DNA of 56,232 nucleotides from Candidatus Uhrbacteria bacterium (lineage in GTDB: Bacteria > Patescibacteriota > Patescibacteriia > UBA9934): contig JABHCP010000002.1 of the NCBI GenBank assembly GCA_018673485.1, positions 67,502-123,733 of the forward strand, given 5' to 3'. The notes under the pieces were generated by a model. It did no database searches, had not been told where the DNA came from, and saw nothing but the letters and a program-made list of their open reading frames with translations. Shown piece after piece: positions 9,061 to 20,037 of this stretch; the first letter of the stretch is position 1, and each line of letters begins with the position of its first letter. The position numbers were made by a program, and so were the translations under genes.

Positions 9061-9231
9061 CTTGTTATTGGATGAATCTCGGCCTGACGGCCGGGACTTT
9101 TTACAAGATAAAGGTTTAATTGTTTAAGATGTTGAAAATGTTTATTTCAAAATAAATATGTTAGACATTTTCAGCATTTAAACTTCATTCAAATAAATAA
9201 CTTAAACATTTTAAACAATTTAATCACTTCT

Positions 9232-10710
9232 ATGGCATCAGAAATAGAACAGGCGATACGGTTTGTGTGTGAGGAGAAAGGTCTCTCATACGAATCTGTG
9301 CTCGAGACAATCGAGACTGCTATGGCTGCGGCTTACCGTAAAGATTACGGAAACCGACAGCAAAATATTCATGTAAAATTCGATCCGTCAGACGGAAATA
9401 TTGTGGCTTGCGATATGAAAACTATCGTGGAGGACATCTCTGCTGAAGAGCTCGAGGCTATGGCTGATCGTCAGGCAGAACGCGCTGCAGAGCGTGCAGC
9501 GCTTGAGGCGGCGCCGGAAGATGCGCGACCAAGACGTCGCGATGAAGACGAGGATGATATTATTGGAGATGAAGAAGACGGCCCAACCTTTAACCCAAAA
9601 ACCGAGATCATGGTGTCCGACGCTCAGGTTTTGAAAATGGGTTCAAAAGTTGGTGATGAGTTAAAGATTGATTTGCCAATTCCGGGTGAGTTTGGACGAA
9701 TGGCTGCGATGACTGCCAAGCAGGTTATTACGCAAAAGCTTCGCGAAGCTGAGCGTGAGATAATTTATAACGAGTATAAAGAGCACGAAGGTGAGGTTCT
9801 TATCGGAACAGTACAGCGACGAGAGGGTAGAGTTGTATTAGTTGATATCGGTAAGACAGCTGGAGTTATTTTGCCACAGGATCAGGTGCGCACAGAGCGC
9901 TATGAATCGGGACAAAGAATAAAGGTTTATGTTCGCGAGGTTAGCCTTGGTTCACGTGGCCCTCAGATTTGTCTTTCACGATCAAGTACAGAATTAGTAA
10001 AAGCATTGTTTGATTTGGAGATTCCAGAGATCGCTGACGAGATTGTAGTCATCAAGGCTATGGCTCGTGAGCCTGGTGCTCGAACAAAGGTTGCAGTTCA
10101 CACAGATGACGAATCAATTGATCCGATTGGAGCATGTATTGGTCAGCGTGGAGTGCGAATTCAAACTATCATCACAGAAATGGGTGGTGAGAAGATCGAC
10201 ATTGTTGAATGGTCAGAAGATAGCAAGCAGTTTATTGAAAACGCTTTATCACCTGCGAAAATTTCACGTGTTGAATTAAATGAAGAAGATATGGAGGCTG
10301 CGATAATCGTTGAGAACGATCAGCTTTCGCTCGCTATTGGTCGTGGTGGTCAGAACGTGCGACTAGCTTCAGAACTTACCGGTTGGAAGATTAGTGTGCG
10401 TGAGGATGAAGACGGAGAGAAGGCAAGCGAAGAAGAGGTTGAAGAGGTTGAAGAGGGAGAAGAGCCTGCATCTGCCGACCATCCAGAGGAGCCGGAGGCG
10501 ACGAAGGATCCCGTTGAAGAAACCTTGGAGGAGGCTCAAGAGGACGCTGAGATCCATGATGAAGTTGAAGACATCGAGGAGAAGCTTGAAGTGGTGGAAG
10601 AGAGTGAGGATACGCAGGAAGATCCAACGCCTTCGGTTGAGGAGATTAAGGAAGATGAAGAAGATGAGGTTGAAGAGGAGCAAGAAGAAGTATTAGAGGA
10701 CAATAAGTAA
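9232..10710 (+). CDS. nusA: Transcription termination/antitermination factor NusA with long acidic C-terminal tail
   Basis: FGRMAAMTAKQVI, S1 domain, AREPGARTKVAV, GACIGQRGVRIQ, LAIGRGGQNVRLASELTGWKI. Confidence 0.97.
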   Translation: MASEIEQAIRFVCEEKGLSYESVLETIETAMAAAYRKDYGNRQQNIHVKFDPSDGNIVACDMKTIVEDISAEELEAMADRQAERAAERAALEAAPEDARPRRRDEDEDDIIGDEEDGPTFNPKTEIMVSDAQVLKMGSKVGDELKIDLPIPGEFGRMAAMTAKQVITQKLREAEREIIYNEYKEHEGEVLIGTVQRREGRVVLVDIGKTAGVILPQDQVRTERYESGQRIKVYVREVSLGSRGPQICLSRSSTELVKALFDLEIPEIADEIVVIKAMAREPGARTKVAVHTDDESIDPIGACIGQRGVRIQTIITEMGGEKIDIVEWSEDSKQFIENALSPAKISRVELNEEDMEAAIIVENDQLSLAIGRGGQNVRLASELTGWKISVREDEDGEKASEEEVEEVEEGEEPASADHPEEPEATKDPVEETLEEAQEDAEIHDEVEDIEEKLEVVEESEDTQEDPTPSVEEIKEDEEDEVEEEQEEVLEDNK

Positions 10711-10715
10711 GGCTT

Positions 10716-11453
10716 ATGGAACTATTTTACACAGTTTTCTACGAACCACTTTATAACTTACTAGTTTTTTTCTACGATCTATTTCCATCAGCTGGAATTG
10801 GTTTGGCGATTATTTTGGTGACATTGTTGATTAAGGGTATCTTGTTCCCGTTTACCTTTAAGTCATTAAAGAGTCAGCGGTCAATGCAAGAATTGCAACC
10901 AAAGATTGCAAAGATTCGTGAGGAGTTTAAAGAGGATAAGGAAAAGATGGCGCAAGAGCTAATGGCAGTTTACAAAGATAATAATGTAAATCCATTCTCA
11001 TCTTGTTTGCCACTCTTGATCCAGTTACCGATTTTCTTTGCACTGTTCCGCGTGTTGCGTGATGGAATTGTGGAGGTGAAGGCTGACATGCTGTACAGCT
11101 TCATTCCAGCACCAGACATTATCGATTCAATGTTCCTGGGCATGATCGATTTGGCAGAAGTTTCTATCCCGTTGGCAGTACTTGCTGCGATCGCTCAGTA
11201 TTTCCAGGTTAAGCGCACAATGGCACAAAAGCCAGCCAAGGAAGTGAAAAAAAGCTCAGGTGCTATGGATGAAAACATGATGGCAAATATGAGTAAGATG
11301 ATGCTCTACTTTATGCCAGCAATTACATTGGTAATTGGAGTGACATCCTTGCCAGGTGGTGTGATGTTATACTGGCTTTCAACAACTTTCCTAACCATTG
11401 TTTTGTATTCGATTTTCCTACCAAAGAAAAAGGAGGCAGACGAGAAAAAATAA
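10716..11453 (+). CDS. yidC: YidC/Oxa1 membrane protein insertase (short form)
   Basis: GLAIILVTLLIKGILFP, MQELQPKI, NPFSSCLPLLIQLPIF, LPGGVMLYW. Confidence 0.93.
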   Translation: MELFYTVFYEPLYNLLVFFYDLFPSAGIGLAIILVTLLIKGILFPFTFKSLKSQRSMQELQPKIAKIREEFKEDKEKMAQELMAVYKDNNVNPFSSCLPLLIQLPIFFALFRVLRDGIVEVKADMLYSFIPAPDIIDSMFLGMIDLAEVSIPLAVLAAIAQYFQVKRTMAQKPAKEVKKSSGAMDENMMANMSKMMLYFMPAITLVIGVTSLPGGVMLYWLSTTFLTIVLYSIFLPKKKEADEKK

Positions 11454-11471
11454 ATAAAAAAAGAAAGTATG

Positions 11472-11504
11472 AACGCCCCCGCCTGAGTACAGGTGGGGGC
11501 GTTT
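11472..11504. terminator. GC-rich hairpin between convergent yidC and ORFan
   Basis: aacgcccccgcctg-agta-caggtgggggcgtt. Confidence 0.7.
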
Positions 11505-11522
11505 GACGTGGTACGCGTTGGG

Positions 11523-12293
11523 CTAGAGGTTGGGCTGGCCCTTGACCTTGAGCACGTCGATGCGCTCGCCGTCGTCGTCGACCGGGTTGCCGTCGTCGTC
11601 GATGAAGTGGATCTCGAAGCCCTGCCAGATGAGGCGGGCGATGAGGCGCACACGGTGACGGATGTCGTCGTAGCCCAGGTGCGCGTTGTCGCCCAGGCCG
11701 ATTCGCTTGACCAGCGCGTCGAGCTCCTTGAGGCGGCCGTCGATCAGGCGCAGGCCGTTGAGGTCGACCATGGAAGTGTCCCACGGCTCGTCCATGCTCT
11801 GGACTTCGTCCTCGGTGATGAACAGGATGGCGTTGAGCACCATCCAGCAGGCCAGGCGGTAGGCGTGCGGGTGGGGGGTCTCCTCCGCGCGGTCGTACCA
11901 CCCGAGCAGGTGCTGGGGCATGCCGCGGAAGTCGTTGACGGTGTCTAGTTCCCATTCGGTGTGCCGGGTGCGGTGACGCAGAGTGCCGGCCGCGAAGCAC
12001 AGCTGATGCAGGGTCGGCAGTTCCATACCGATCTCCCACTCCATGATCTGGCCGACGATCAGCCAGGGGTCGTTGTCGACGTTGAACATGTCCTCGGGGA
12101 TGGGCATGACGTCGCCGTCGGTCAGCATCGCCTCGACGACCTCCTCCTCGTTCTCGAGCGCCAGGCGGTCGCTCTTGTTGAGCGCGCCCGCCTCGGCGAC
12201 CAGCTCGAAGGTGGTCTCCGGGGGCACGCCAGGCACGCTGGTGTTGAGGAATGCGATCATGTCGTAGGGAAGGCCGTTGGTATCCAGGTCCAT
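11523..12293 (-). CDS. Hypothetical protein (solitary, GC-rich, acidic ORFan, 256 aa)
   Basis: SD GGAG before the ATG and promoter TTGACA-17-TACTCT near 12340-12368. Line 11581 is 39/60 G+C. Confidence 0.75.
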   Translation of the reverse strand: MDLDTNGLPYDMIAFLNTSVPGVPPETTFELVAEAGALNKSDRLALENEEEVVEAMLTDGDVMPIPEDMFNVDNDPWLIVGQIMEWEIGMELPTLHQLCFAAGTLRHRTRHTEWELDTVNDFRGMPQHLLGWYDRAEETPHPHAYRLACWMVLNAILFITEDEVQSMDEPWDTSMVDLNGLRLIDGRLKELDALVKRIGLGDNAHLGYDDIRHRVRLIARLIWQGFEIHFIDDDGNPVDDDGERIDVLKVKGQPNL

Positions 12294-12399
12294 CTGTCTC
12301 TCCGGGGTTGGGGTGGTTGGCCGCTGGAAGCGACGTTGCAGAGTAGCCTATTTTGACGAGAATGTCAATACTTTGAGAGAAAGCTGATATAATATTTGT

Positions 12400-13419
12400 A
12401 TGAAAACAAAAACATTGCGTGGGATCATTTTTTTCAGTGCTTTAGTGCTCGGACTTGGTCTTTTGGGGTATTTGATTTACCGCGAAGGGTGGGGCCAGAT
12501 TCTGCAAACTTTGATGAATTTTGGGCTTGTGCCGTTCTTGGGATTTGTAGCAATATCAGCCATCAACTTTGGATTATATAGTTGGCGATGGCAGTTGATC
12601 TTGAACCATCAAGTGAATAAAAATCAAAGATTGTCACTTTGGCGGATGTATCGCCATCGTATGGCAGGTTTTGCGGCGTCCTATCTAACGCCCGCAGCAC
12701 AAGTTGGTGGTGAGCCAATTAGAATTGGAATGTTAATGAGCGACGGAATTAGTAGTAAGAAAGCAACGAGCGCTGTGATGCTTGATATCACTGTGGAGTT
12801 AATGGCATACATTGCGTTTATCATTGCAGGTGTTGCTCTTGCTTTGATAACCGGACTTGGATCGGGTAATACAATGATTGCGATTGGCGTGGGACTTTTG
12901 GTGATGCTGGTCGTTCTATCAGGATTTTTATTTGGTGTTGCCAAGGGTGACGGGTGGTTTAGTAAAATATTTCGCGCTCTGCGATTAGGTAAGTTTAAGT
13001 CCATGAAGAGAGTAGAGGGCTGGATTAAGGAGACGGAGGCAATTATGGGAGTTTTCTTACATGCTCGAAAATCGTTTTTAATGGCGATTGCATTTTTAGC
13101 AGTAACGGTTATTTCTTTCCGTGTCGTTGAGGTTTTTTATCTGGCACACTTTTTCGATATTCAGTTAAATTTCGCTCAGGCATTTTTAATTAGCACTTTG
13201 CCAGGCATCGCGCTGTTACTCCCTGTACCAGCCGGGCTTGGTGTGTTTGAAGGAGGGTTTGCGAGTGTGTTTGTGCTCCTTGGAGTACCACTAAGTGCTG
13301 TTGCATTCGCCCTTGTGATTCGACTACGAGATTTCGCGTTTATTGGCTTTGGTTTGATTCACCTCTTGCGCCAAGGGGGCATTGTGGTGCAAGATGTGAT
13401 AAGGAGAAGTAGAGAGTAG
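12400..13419 (+). CDS. Lysylphosphatidylglycerol synthase TM-region / flippase-like (UPF0104) membrane protein
   Basis: SWRWQLIL, AASYLTPAAQVGGEPIR, PVPAGLGVFEGG, ALVIRL. Extended -10 TGATATAAT at 12385-12393. Confidence 0.88.
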   Translation: MKTKTLRGIIFFSALVLGLGLLGYLIYREGWGQILQTLMNFGLVPFLGFVAISAINFGLYSWRWQLILNHQVNKNQRLSLWRMYRHRMAGFAASYLTPAAQVGGEPIRIGMLMSDGISSKKATSAVMLDITVELMAYIAFIIAGVALALITGLGSGNTMIAIGVGLLVMLVVLSGFLFGVAKGDGWFSKIFRALRLGKFKSMKRVEGWIKETEAIMGVFLHARKSFLMAIAFLAVTVISFRVVEVFYLAHFFDIQLNFAQAFLISTLPGIALLLPVPAGLGVFEGGFASVFVLLGVPLSAVAFALVIRLRDFAFIGFGLIHLLRQGGIVVQDVIRRSRE

Positions 13420-13480
13420 AATGTAGAAGGTAGGTTTATGACTTAGTGCCTACATTCTACTTTCTACATTCTACATTCTG
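13412..13480. repeat. Inverted pair of heptamer tandem repeats (gtagaat / attctac)
   Basis: gtagagagtagaatgtagaaggtag ... ctacattctactttctacattctacattct. Confidence 0.7.
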
Positions 13481-13495
13481 TATTTTGTATCACCT

Positions 13496-14398
13496 ATGCC
13501 TCCAAGCCTGATAGAAAAAGACGTTCATAATACCTTAGCTTACTTTGCGTATAATCAGTATCCGCTCACTGCTTTTGAGGTTTATAAGTGGCAGTATTGC
13601 CCGGAGCGTGTTTATTCTTATCAGGAAATTGATAAAGTGCTTAAAGGGTCTGACTGGCTTTTGAACAGAGTTGGACATTTTGAAGGGATGTATGGCCTTG
13701 GTAATAATCTGGAAGTTGAGCAGCAGGTTGCAGCTCGAAAGCGCCGCTTTCTTGATGCTGTTAAAAAGCAAAAAAAAGCGTGTAAGGTTGTACAGTATAT
13801 TTCGCGTTTACCGTCAGTTAGAGGTGTGGCTATTTGCAATTCACTTGCTTATCATTTCACGCGGGAGAAAAGTGATATAGATTTATTTGTCATTACAAAA
13901 AGCGGTCGGGTATGGACTGCAAGAATGTGGGCGGTAGCACCATTGATGCTGCTACGCCAAAGGCCGGGTGAAACAAGGAAAGATCCAGTAGATATTAGTT
14001 TTTTCATCTCGGAAGATGCTTTAAATCTTTCAGAGCTTATGATTGATAAGAGCGATCCGTATTTAGCTTTTTGGATAAAAACACTAACACCAGTTTACGG
14101 TGATGAAGGTCTGTGGGATAGATTTTTTAAAGAAAACTCATGGGTCGATAAGTGCCTTCCAAATGCTCATCGACCTAAACGTGCATATAGAATGAGGTGT
14201 AATAATAGAATCTCATTTTTGCCATGTTTGCTCCCTGAGTCACTGATGAGATCGCTGCAATTACTAAAGATGCCTTACAGAATGAAAGTATTGTGCAATC
14301 AAGGGACATGCGTGGTTATGAATAAGGAGATGTTGAAGTTTCACACAACCGACAGAAGGCGTGAGATTTCAGACGCGTTTGAAAGGAAGTGTGTATAG
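13496..14398 (+). CDS. Nucleotidyltransferase-fold protein
   Basis: VRGVAICNSLAY....KSDIDLFVI resembles the Pol-beta-like (G)S..DxD motif. Confidence 0.65.
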   Translation: MPPSLIEKDVHNTLAYFAYNQYPLTAFEVYKWQYCPERVYSYQEIDKVLKGSDWLLNRVGHFEGMYGLGNNLEVEQQVAARKRRFLDAVKKQKKACKVVQYISRLPSVRGVAICNSLAYHFTREKSDIDLFVITKSGRVWTARMWAVAPLMLLRQRPGETRKDPVDISFFISEDALNLSELMIDKSDPYLAFWIKTLTPVYGDEGLWDRFFKENSWVDKCLPNAHRPKRAYRMRCNNRISFLPCLLPESLMRSLQLLKMPYRMKVLCNQGTCVVMNKEMLKFHTTDRRREISDAFERKCV

Positions 14399-14400
14399 AG

Positions 14401-14442
14401 CAGACTTCAGAATCCAGACTTCAGAACCCAGACTTCAGAACC
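14401..14442. repeat. 14-nt tandem repeat x3 (cagacttcagaa[tc]c)
   Basis: cagacttcagaatc cagacttcagaacc cagacttcagaacc. Confidence 0.85.
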
Positions 14443-14542
14443 CATCCCGACGTTAGGAGGGATCCCGTGCGTAACTATCGAACGTTGAGGTAAGCAGCGG
14501 GACTCTTCGCCCTTCGACAAGCTCAGCACTCTGAGTGGGTAG
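14441..14542. repeat. Palindromic repeat, family B variant
   Basis: cccatcccga..gggatcccgtgcgta..cgaacgtt..gtaagcagcgggactcttcg..ctctgagtgggtag; homologous to 3427-3527. Confidence 0.8.
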
Positions 14543-14551
14543 TAATAACCT

Positions 14552-15850
14552 ATGATAAAGATAAGAACCAAACTCATACCTTATATAACACCAGCGATCT
14601 TTTTTTTGTTGCCCTGGCAGATGCGGTATATATTTGATCAGCAGTTGATCGTGGGTGAGCAGTTCGAGTTTGGAGTGATTAGTCTGTACATAGTTGAGCT
14701 ATTGGTTGTTCTGGCGTTTATTGTTTATGGTCGATTAAGAATTTGTAGAGCACATAAGAAAACAGTCGGATTTTCTTTTTTGATTTTATGCCTGGCTTTG
14801 ATTTCCACGCTCTGGGCAGTAAATGGCGCGGTGGCATTTGGACAGTTTGTTCATATTCTTGTGGCCATGATGTTATTTTTACTTTTATTGGATTCAAGAA
14901 CTAATTTGCGTTGGGTGGCAATCGGATTCGTGGCTGGTTTGGTGATCCCGATCGGGCTGGGGCTTTGGCAGGTGATTGTAGGTGGCTCGATTGCATCAAC
15001 TTGGTTGGGGTTAGCCGCGCGCGACGCGCAAACACTAGGTGACGCGGTCTTTGCCTTGGATGACGGCACGCGTATTTTAAGAGCATACGGATCCTTCGGT
15101 CACCCAAATACCTTTGGCGGATATTTAGTGATTGGTATATTATCTCTTCTTATTTTTCCTGTGTCATCCCTGCACAGGCAGGGATCCATCGATCGAAGAT
15201 CTGTAATTTGGTGGACCGCAATTATCATTTTACTAATCGGACTCATCATCACATACTCACAATCAGCTTGGATCGCCTTGATCGTTGGGCTAGCTTCTGG
15301 AGTTAGCGTGCTCATCTATCTTCGTCATCCTGAGCGAGCGAAGCGAGTCGAAGGATCTATTCAAACACGATTCAAGCTCATAGCCGGCGCATTCACCGTA
15401 CTTATTTTATTGGGATCAGTTTTTGGAGTGCTTGCACTTGATCGTATTGGTCAGGGTCAAAGTTCAATTACCGAGCGGGCTGATCAATATCAAGAGTGGC
15501 CAAGCATTGCCTCGGATTCGATGTTGCTAGGAGCTGGATTTGGAAATTATACGTATGCGATCGAGCAGTTCGATCAAGCCCGAGAGTGGTGGCAGTACCA
15601 ACCAGTTCATAACGCACCGATGTTGATAGTAGGAGAGCTTGGAATTTTCGGATTAGTACTGATTGGACTCTGGGCAGCGTCAATTGATAAACTAAACTTC
15701 GCTCGATTGCCAGCGCGCGCGCCAACAGTCGCCCTTATGATGGGATGCGCACTTTTGGTGATCGCTGGACTCGATCACTATCTCTGGACCCAGTGGGCAG
15801 GCCTAGCACTTGTAGTATACGTAATGGCATTGACCGCGAGAGTTGAATAA
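14552..15850 (+). CDS. O-antigen ligase / Wzy-like polytopic membrane protein
   Basis: RAYGSFGHPNTFGGY, TYSQSAW, GAGFGNY, PVHNAPMLIVGELGIFG, and many TM helices. Confidence 0.88.
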   Translation: MIKIRTKLIPYITPAIFFLLPWQMRYIFDQQLIVGEQFEFGVISLYIVELLVVLAFIVYGRLRICRAHKKTVGFSFLILCLALISTLWAVNGAVAFGQFVHILVAMMLFLLLLDSRTNLRWVAIGFVAGLVIPIGLGLWQVIVGGSIASTWLGLAARDAQTLGDAVFALDDGTRILRAYGSFGHPNTFGGYLVIGILSLLIFPVSSLHRQGSIDRRSVIWWTAIIILLIGLIITYSQSAWIALIVGLASGVSVLIYLRHPERAKRVEGSIQTRFKLIAGAFTVLILLGSVFGVLALDRIGQGQSSITERADQYQEWPSIASDSMLLGAGFGNYTYAIEQFDQAREWWQYQPVHNAPMLIVGELGIFGLVLIGLWAASIDKLNFARLPARAPTVALMMGCALLVIAGLDHYLWTQWAGLALVVYVMALTARVE

Positions 15851-15857
15851 TTTAGTC

Positions 15858-15891
15858 CCCCCTTCCCAAGGGGGAGCTAGAGGGGGTTGCC
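15858..15891. repeat. Palindromic repeat family C (single arm)
   Basis: cccccttcccaagggggagctagagggggttgcc; 33/34 identical to 55844-55877. Confidence 0.88.
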
Positions 15892-15981
15892 GTTTATCTC
15901 GATCTCATCGAGTTTTTTTATTTGCTTTCTTATTGATACATTGCTAACCTAAAAATACCCCGTAACAAGAGGAGGTGGGGA

Positions 15982-16119
15982 ATGGGTGTAAGAAAGTTGA
16001 CGACCGCTATTCATGCGTCATGTGGCAGAAGTGATGTTTTCTGGTGTATGGTCGCTGGATGGGCTGGAGTCGTTATCGTGTTTGTCATGTCGTACTTCAT
16101 CATTCCACTTTGTGTCTAG
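15982..16119 (+). CDS. Small single-TM protein, 45 aa (MGVRKLTT...FIIPLCV), not in the ORF track
   Basis: SD AGAGGAGGT 5 nt upstream, hydrophobic C-terminal half, promoter TTGCTT-17-TAACCT at 15922-15950. Confidence 0.6.
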   Translation: MGVRKLTTAIHASCGRSDVFWCMVAGWAGVVIVFVMSYFIIPLCV

Positions 16120-16129
16120 GAGGTGAGCT

Positions 16130-16264
16130 TTGGATAACGAGCAACATGCTGTTTCAAGAGATCCTGGCTGGGGTATGCTACTCGTCCTTGCTGTACCGAT
16201 CTGCGCTGTGGCGATCGTCGGTAGCTTGCTTCTCGGAGCGGTGCTCAATGGAGCTCTGCCATGA
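16130..16264 (+). CDS. Small single-TM protein, 44 aa (MDNEQHAV...LNGALP), not in the ORF track
   Basis: TTG start with SD GGAGGTG overlapping the previous stop codon; TM segment GMLLVLAVPICAVAIVGSLLLGAVL. Confidence 0.6.
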   Translation: MDNEQHAVSRDPGWGMLLVLAVPICAVAIVGSLLLGAVLNGALP

Positions 16265-16395
16265 TGCGCGGAGGGCCATCAGTTGGTGGAATGCTGCTTA
16301 TGGCGATCATCTTGTTGGTACTGTTCGGGGTGTTGCCCTGGGCGGTGTGTGAGATCTCTGATTCACAGGAGTACGCATGGAGCGCTTCTCGCTAA
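16261..16395 (+). CDS. Small single-TM protein, 44 aa (MMRGGPSV...AWSASR), not in the ORF track
   Basis: ATGA overlap with the previous stop; TM segment MLLMAIILLVLFGVLPWAVC; followed by hairpin ccgcgttgtcc-ctctt-ggacagcgcgg and a T tract. Confidence 0.55.
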   Translation: MMRGGPSVGGMLLMAIILLVLFGVLPWAVCEISDSQEYAWSASR

Positions 16396-16501
16396 CCTAC
16401 ACTGTCCGCGTCCGCGTTGTCCCTCTTGGACAGCGCGGCTTTGCTTTTTAAAGCAAAAACCGACCAGGCCGTGAGGTGCGAGGTCGGACGATGGTCGGTA
16501 G

Positions 16502-16885
16502 TTATTGTTGATCGGTGGGGGTATCAAAGTGCAGGACGATTCCCATGCTAATGTATACGATGATACCTAGGCAAAGAGCAATTCCTACGGGGATACTACT
16601 ACCAAACATTATATAGAGAGCGAGTGTTGCGACCATTAACCCATAGTACAGAACGATGAGTACCTTGCAGGTTATTACTCGTAATCTCATTACATTCACG
16701 GTGTAGCGAGTGGGTCGGAATAGCCCACATTCCCAATAGCTTCCAGCAAGGGCCAAGATGGAAACATAGAACATGTAGACCCATTGGTCCAGTGTGATCG
16801 CGATGAGGATTACGATGCTGCTTGCAAAGATGCCAACAAGTGAGACCGGGAATTGATCTACGAGTTTTTTTAGGAAGGTGCTCAC
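16502..16885 (-). CDS. Hypothetical four-TM membrane protein (solitary ORFan)
   Basis: GTG start with SD GGAGG, four hydrophobic segments, promoter TTGACA(16941-16936)-17-TAAGTT(16918-16913). Confidence 0.7.
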   Translation of the reverse strand: MSTFLKKLVDQFPVSLVGIFASSIVILIAITLDQWVYMFYVSILALAGSYWECGLFRPTRYTVNVMRLRVITCKVLIVLYYGLMVATLALYIMFGSSIPVGIALCLGIIVYISMGIVLHFDTPTDQQ

Positions 16886-16954
16886 GGTTGCCTCCGCGTT
16901 AAGTTCTTCGCCAACTTAAAACAAATTTCGTTATTTGTCAATTACTGTGATGCC

Positions 16955-16983
16955 TTGACATACGGGCCTTAATTCTCTAACAT
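16955..16983 (+). promoter_or_regulatory. Sigma70 promoter of groES-groEL
   Basis: TTGACA(16955-16960)-17-TAACAT(16978-16983). No CIRCE element seen. Confidence 0.7.
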
Positions 16984-17008
16984 TCCCCTGTAAATAAGTA
17001 ATTTTATT

Positions 17009-17299
17009 ATGCAATTAAAACCAGTTTCAGATCACATCATTTTAAAGCCGATTGATAAAGAGACGGTAACAAGCTCGGGGATTATCATTCCTGATACTGT
17101 TGAGAAAGAGAAGCCAGAGCAGGCTGAAGTGCTCGCTGTTGGTCCTGGTAAGATGCTTGAAAATGGTCAGCGTCAGCCGATCGAGGTAGCTGTTGGTCAG
17201 AAAATCATGTTTAAAAAATGGACACCTGACGAGGTGGAGATCGAAGGACAAAAGTATTTGATAATTAAAAGTGAGGACGTGATTGCGATTGTAGAATAA
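17009..17299 (+). CDS. groES: Co-chaperonin GroES
   Basis: LKPVSDHIIL, TSSGIIIPDTVEKEKP, VLAVGPGK. Confidence 0.97.
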   Translation: MQLKPVSDHIILKPIDKETVTSSGIIIPDTVEKEKPEQAEVLAVGPGKMLENGQRQPIEVAVGQKIMFKKWTPDEVEIEGQKYLIIKSEDVIAIVE

Positions 17300-17303
17300 A
17301 TAA

Positions 17304-19061
<1,758 letters not shown>

Positions 19062-19064
19062 AAG

Positions 19065-19094
19065 AAAACCCCCGAGAAACCTCGGGTGTTTTTT
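19065..19094. terminator. Intrinsic terminator after groEL (likely bidirectional)
   Basis: aaaacccccgag-aaac-ctcgggtgtttttt. Confidence 0.75.
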
Positions 19095-19551
19095 AATATC
19101 CTTGCAAATTACCTATGCGATCACTAATGTCGAAATCAGAGAGGTTGCCGGAGTTTTCTGTCTGACTTTCTGCTACTCTTTGTTGAGTTTCGTTATATGA
19201 GGTGATGAGACTTCCTGTTGTGTATATTGTGAGAGGAATAAATATAACGAGAAACGCATAGCGCCACTTTTTCTTTATGAGAGACACAATACATCCAATA
19301 AGTATCATGATCATGCATTCAATTGTAAGAAAATAATGTATTGCACCAACGGCATTTACCCTATTACCCACGCCAGAGAGCATGAATTTTATTTTTGGTT
19401 CCAGAATTACAATAAGAACGCTTAGTATGATTGGCCAAAAAAGAGTCAGTGAAAATAATGTATGTTTTTTTAGTGAATAGGTTAGGTGAAAGAGGTAAAT
19501 CAAAAACGGGGATAAAAGCACGAACCAGAGAATGATAATTTCATATTCCAT
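19093..19551 (-). CDS. Hypothetical membrane protein (AT-rich, about 4 TM)
   Basis: Several hydrophobic segments and a polar C-terminal tail. Confidence 0.65.
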   Translation of the reverse strand: MEYEIIILWFVLLSPFLIYLFHLTYSLKKHTLFSLTLFWPIILSVLIVILEPKIKFMLSGVGNRVNAVGAIHYFLTIECMIMILIGCIVSLIKKKWRYAFLVIFIPLTIYTTGSLITSYNETQQRVAESQTENSGNLSDFDISDRIGNLQGY

Positions 19552-19637
19552 ATATGATTATTTTATCACAAACTTAGCGCTTTTGAATTTGACTCATGTG
19601 CGTTATACTATTTCCATAAAAACTAAACGATAATATT

Positions 19638-19988
19638 ATGACAGAGATAAAAAAGCCAGTGGTTGATAAAAAGGACGTAGATGACAATAAGGCACTCGCT
19701 GCCCTCGGATATGTGTTTATTTTGTGCTTTATTCCACTTTTGATGGCTAAGGATTCAAAGTTCGCTCAGTTCCATGCAAAGCAGGGGTTGGTGCTATTCA
19801 TAGTTGAGGTTGTATTAATGGTCGTTTCTAACATTTTGATATTCATTCCGATCCTTGGATGGTTTGTAATGATGATTGCGTACTTGGCTGTGACGATTGC
19901 TGCAATTGCAGGAATACTAAAGGCACTTGAAGGTGAAATGTGGGAGATGCCAGTGTTGGGTGATTACGCAAAGAAATTGAAGATTTAG
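19638..19988 (+). CDS. DUF4870/Tic20-like membrane protein
   Basis: LAALGYVFILCFIPLL..KDSKFAQFHAKQGLVLF ... ALEGEMWEMPVLG. Confidence 0.85.
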   Translation: MTEIKKPVVDKKDVDDNKALAALGYVFILCFIPLLMAKDSKFAQFHAKQGLVLFIVEVVLMVVSNILIFIPILGWFVMMIAYLAVTIAAIAGILKALEGEMWEMPVLGDYAKKLKI

Positions 19989-20037
19989 CAGGTAGTACCA
20001 CTTTTAGTTTTATTGAGATAATCATTAAGTAAAATAT

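Noticed and set aside
11323-12356. Long alternative ORFs 11323-12039 (-), 11493-11948 (+) and 11961-12356 (+)
   Set aside because: They are shadow frames of the GC-rich 256-aa gene, with R/P/G- or V-biased composition and no SD or promoter support.
14401-14442. Tandem or dispersed repeats as a CRISPR array
   Set aside because: There are no unique spacers between the repeats, the units are 7-14 nt or palindromic and dispersed, and no cas genes are present.
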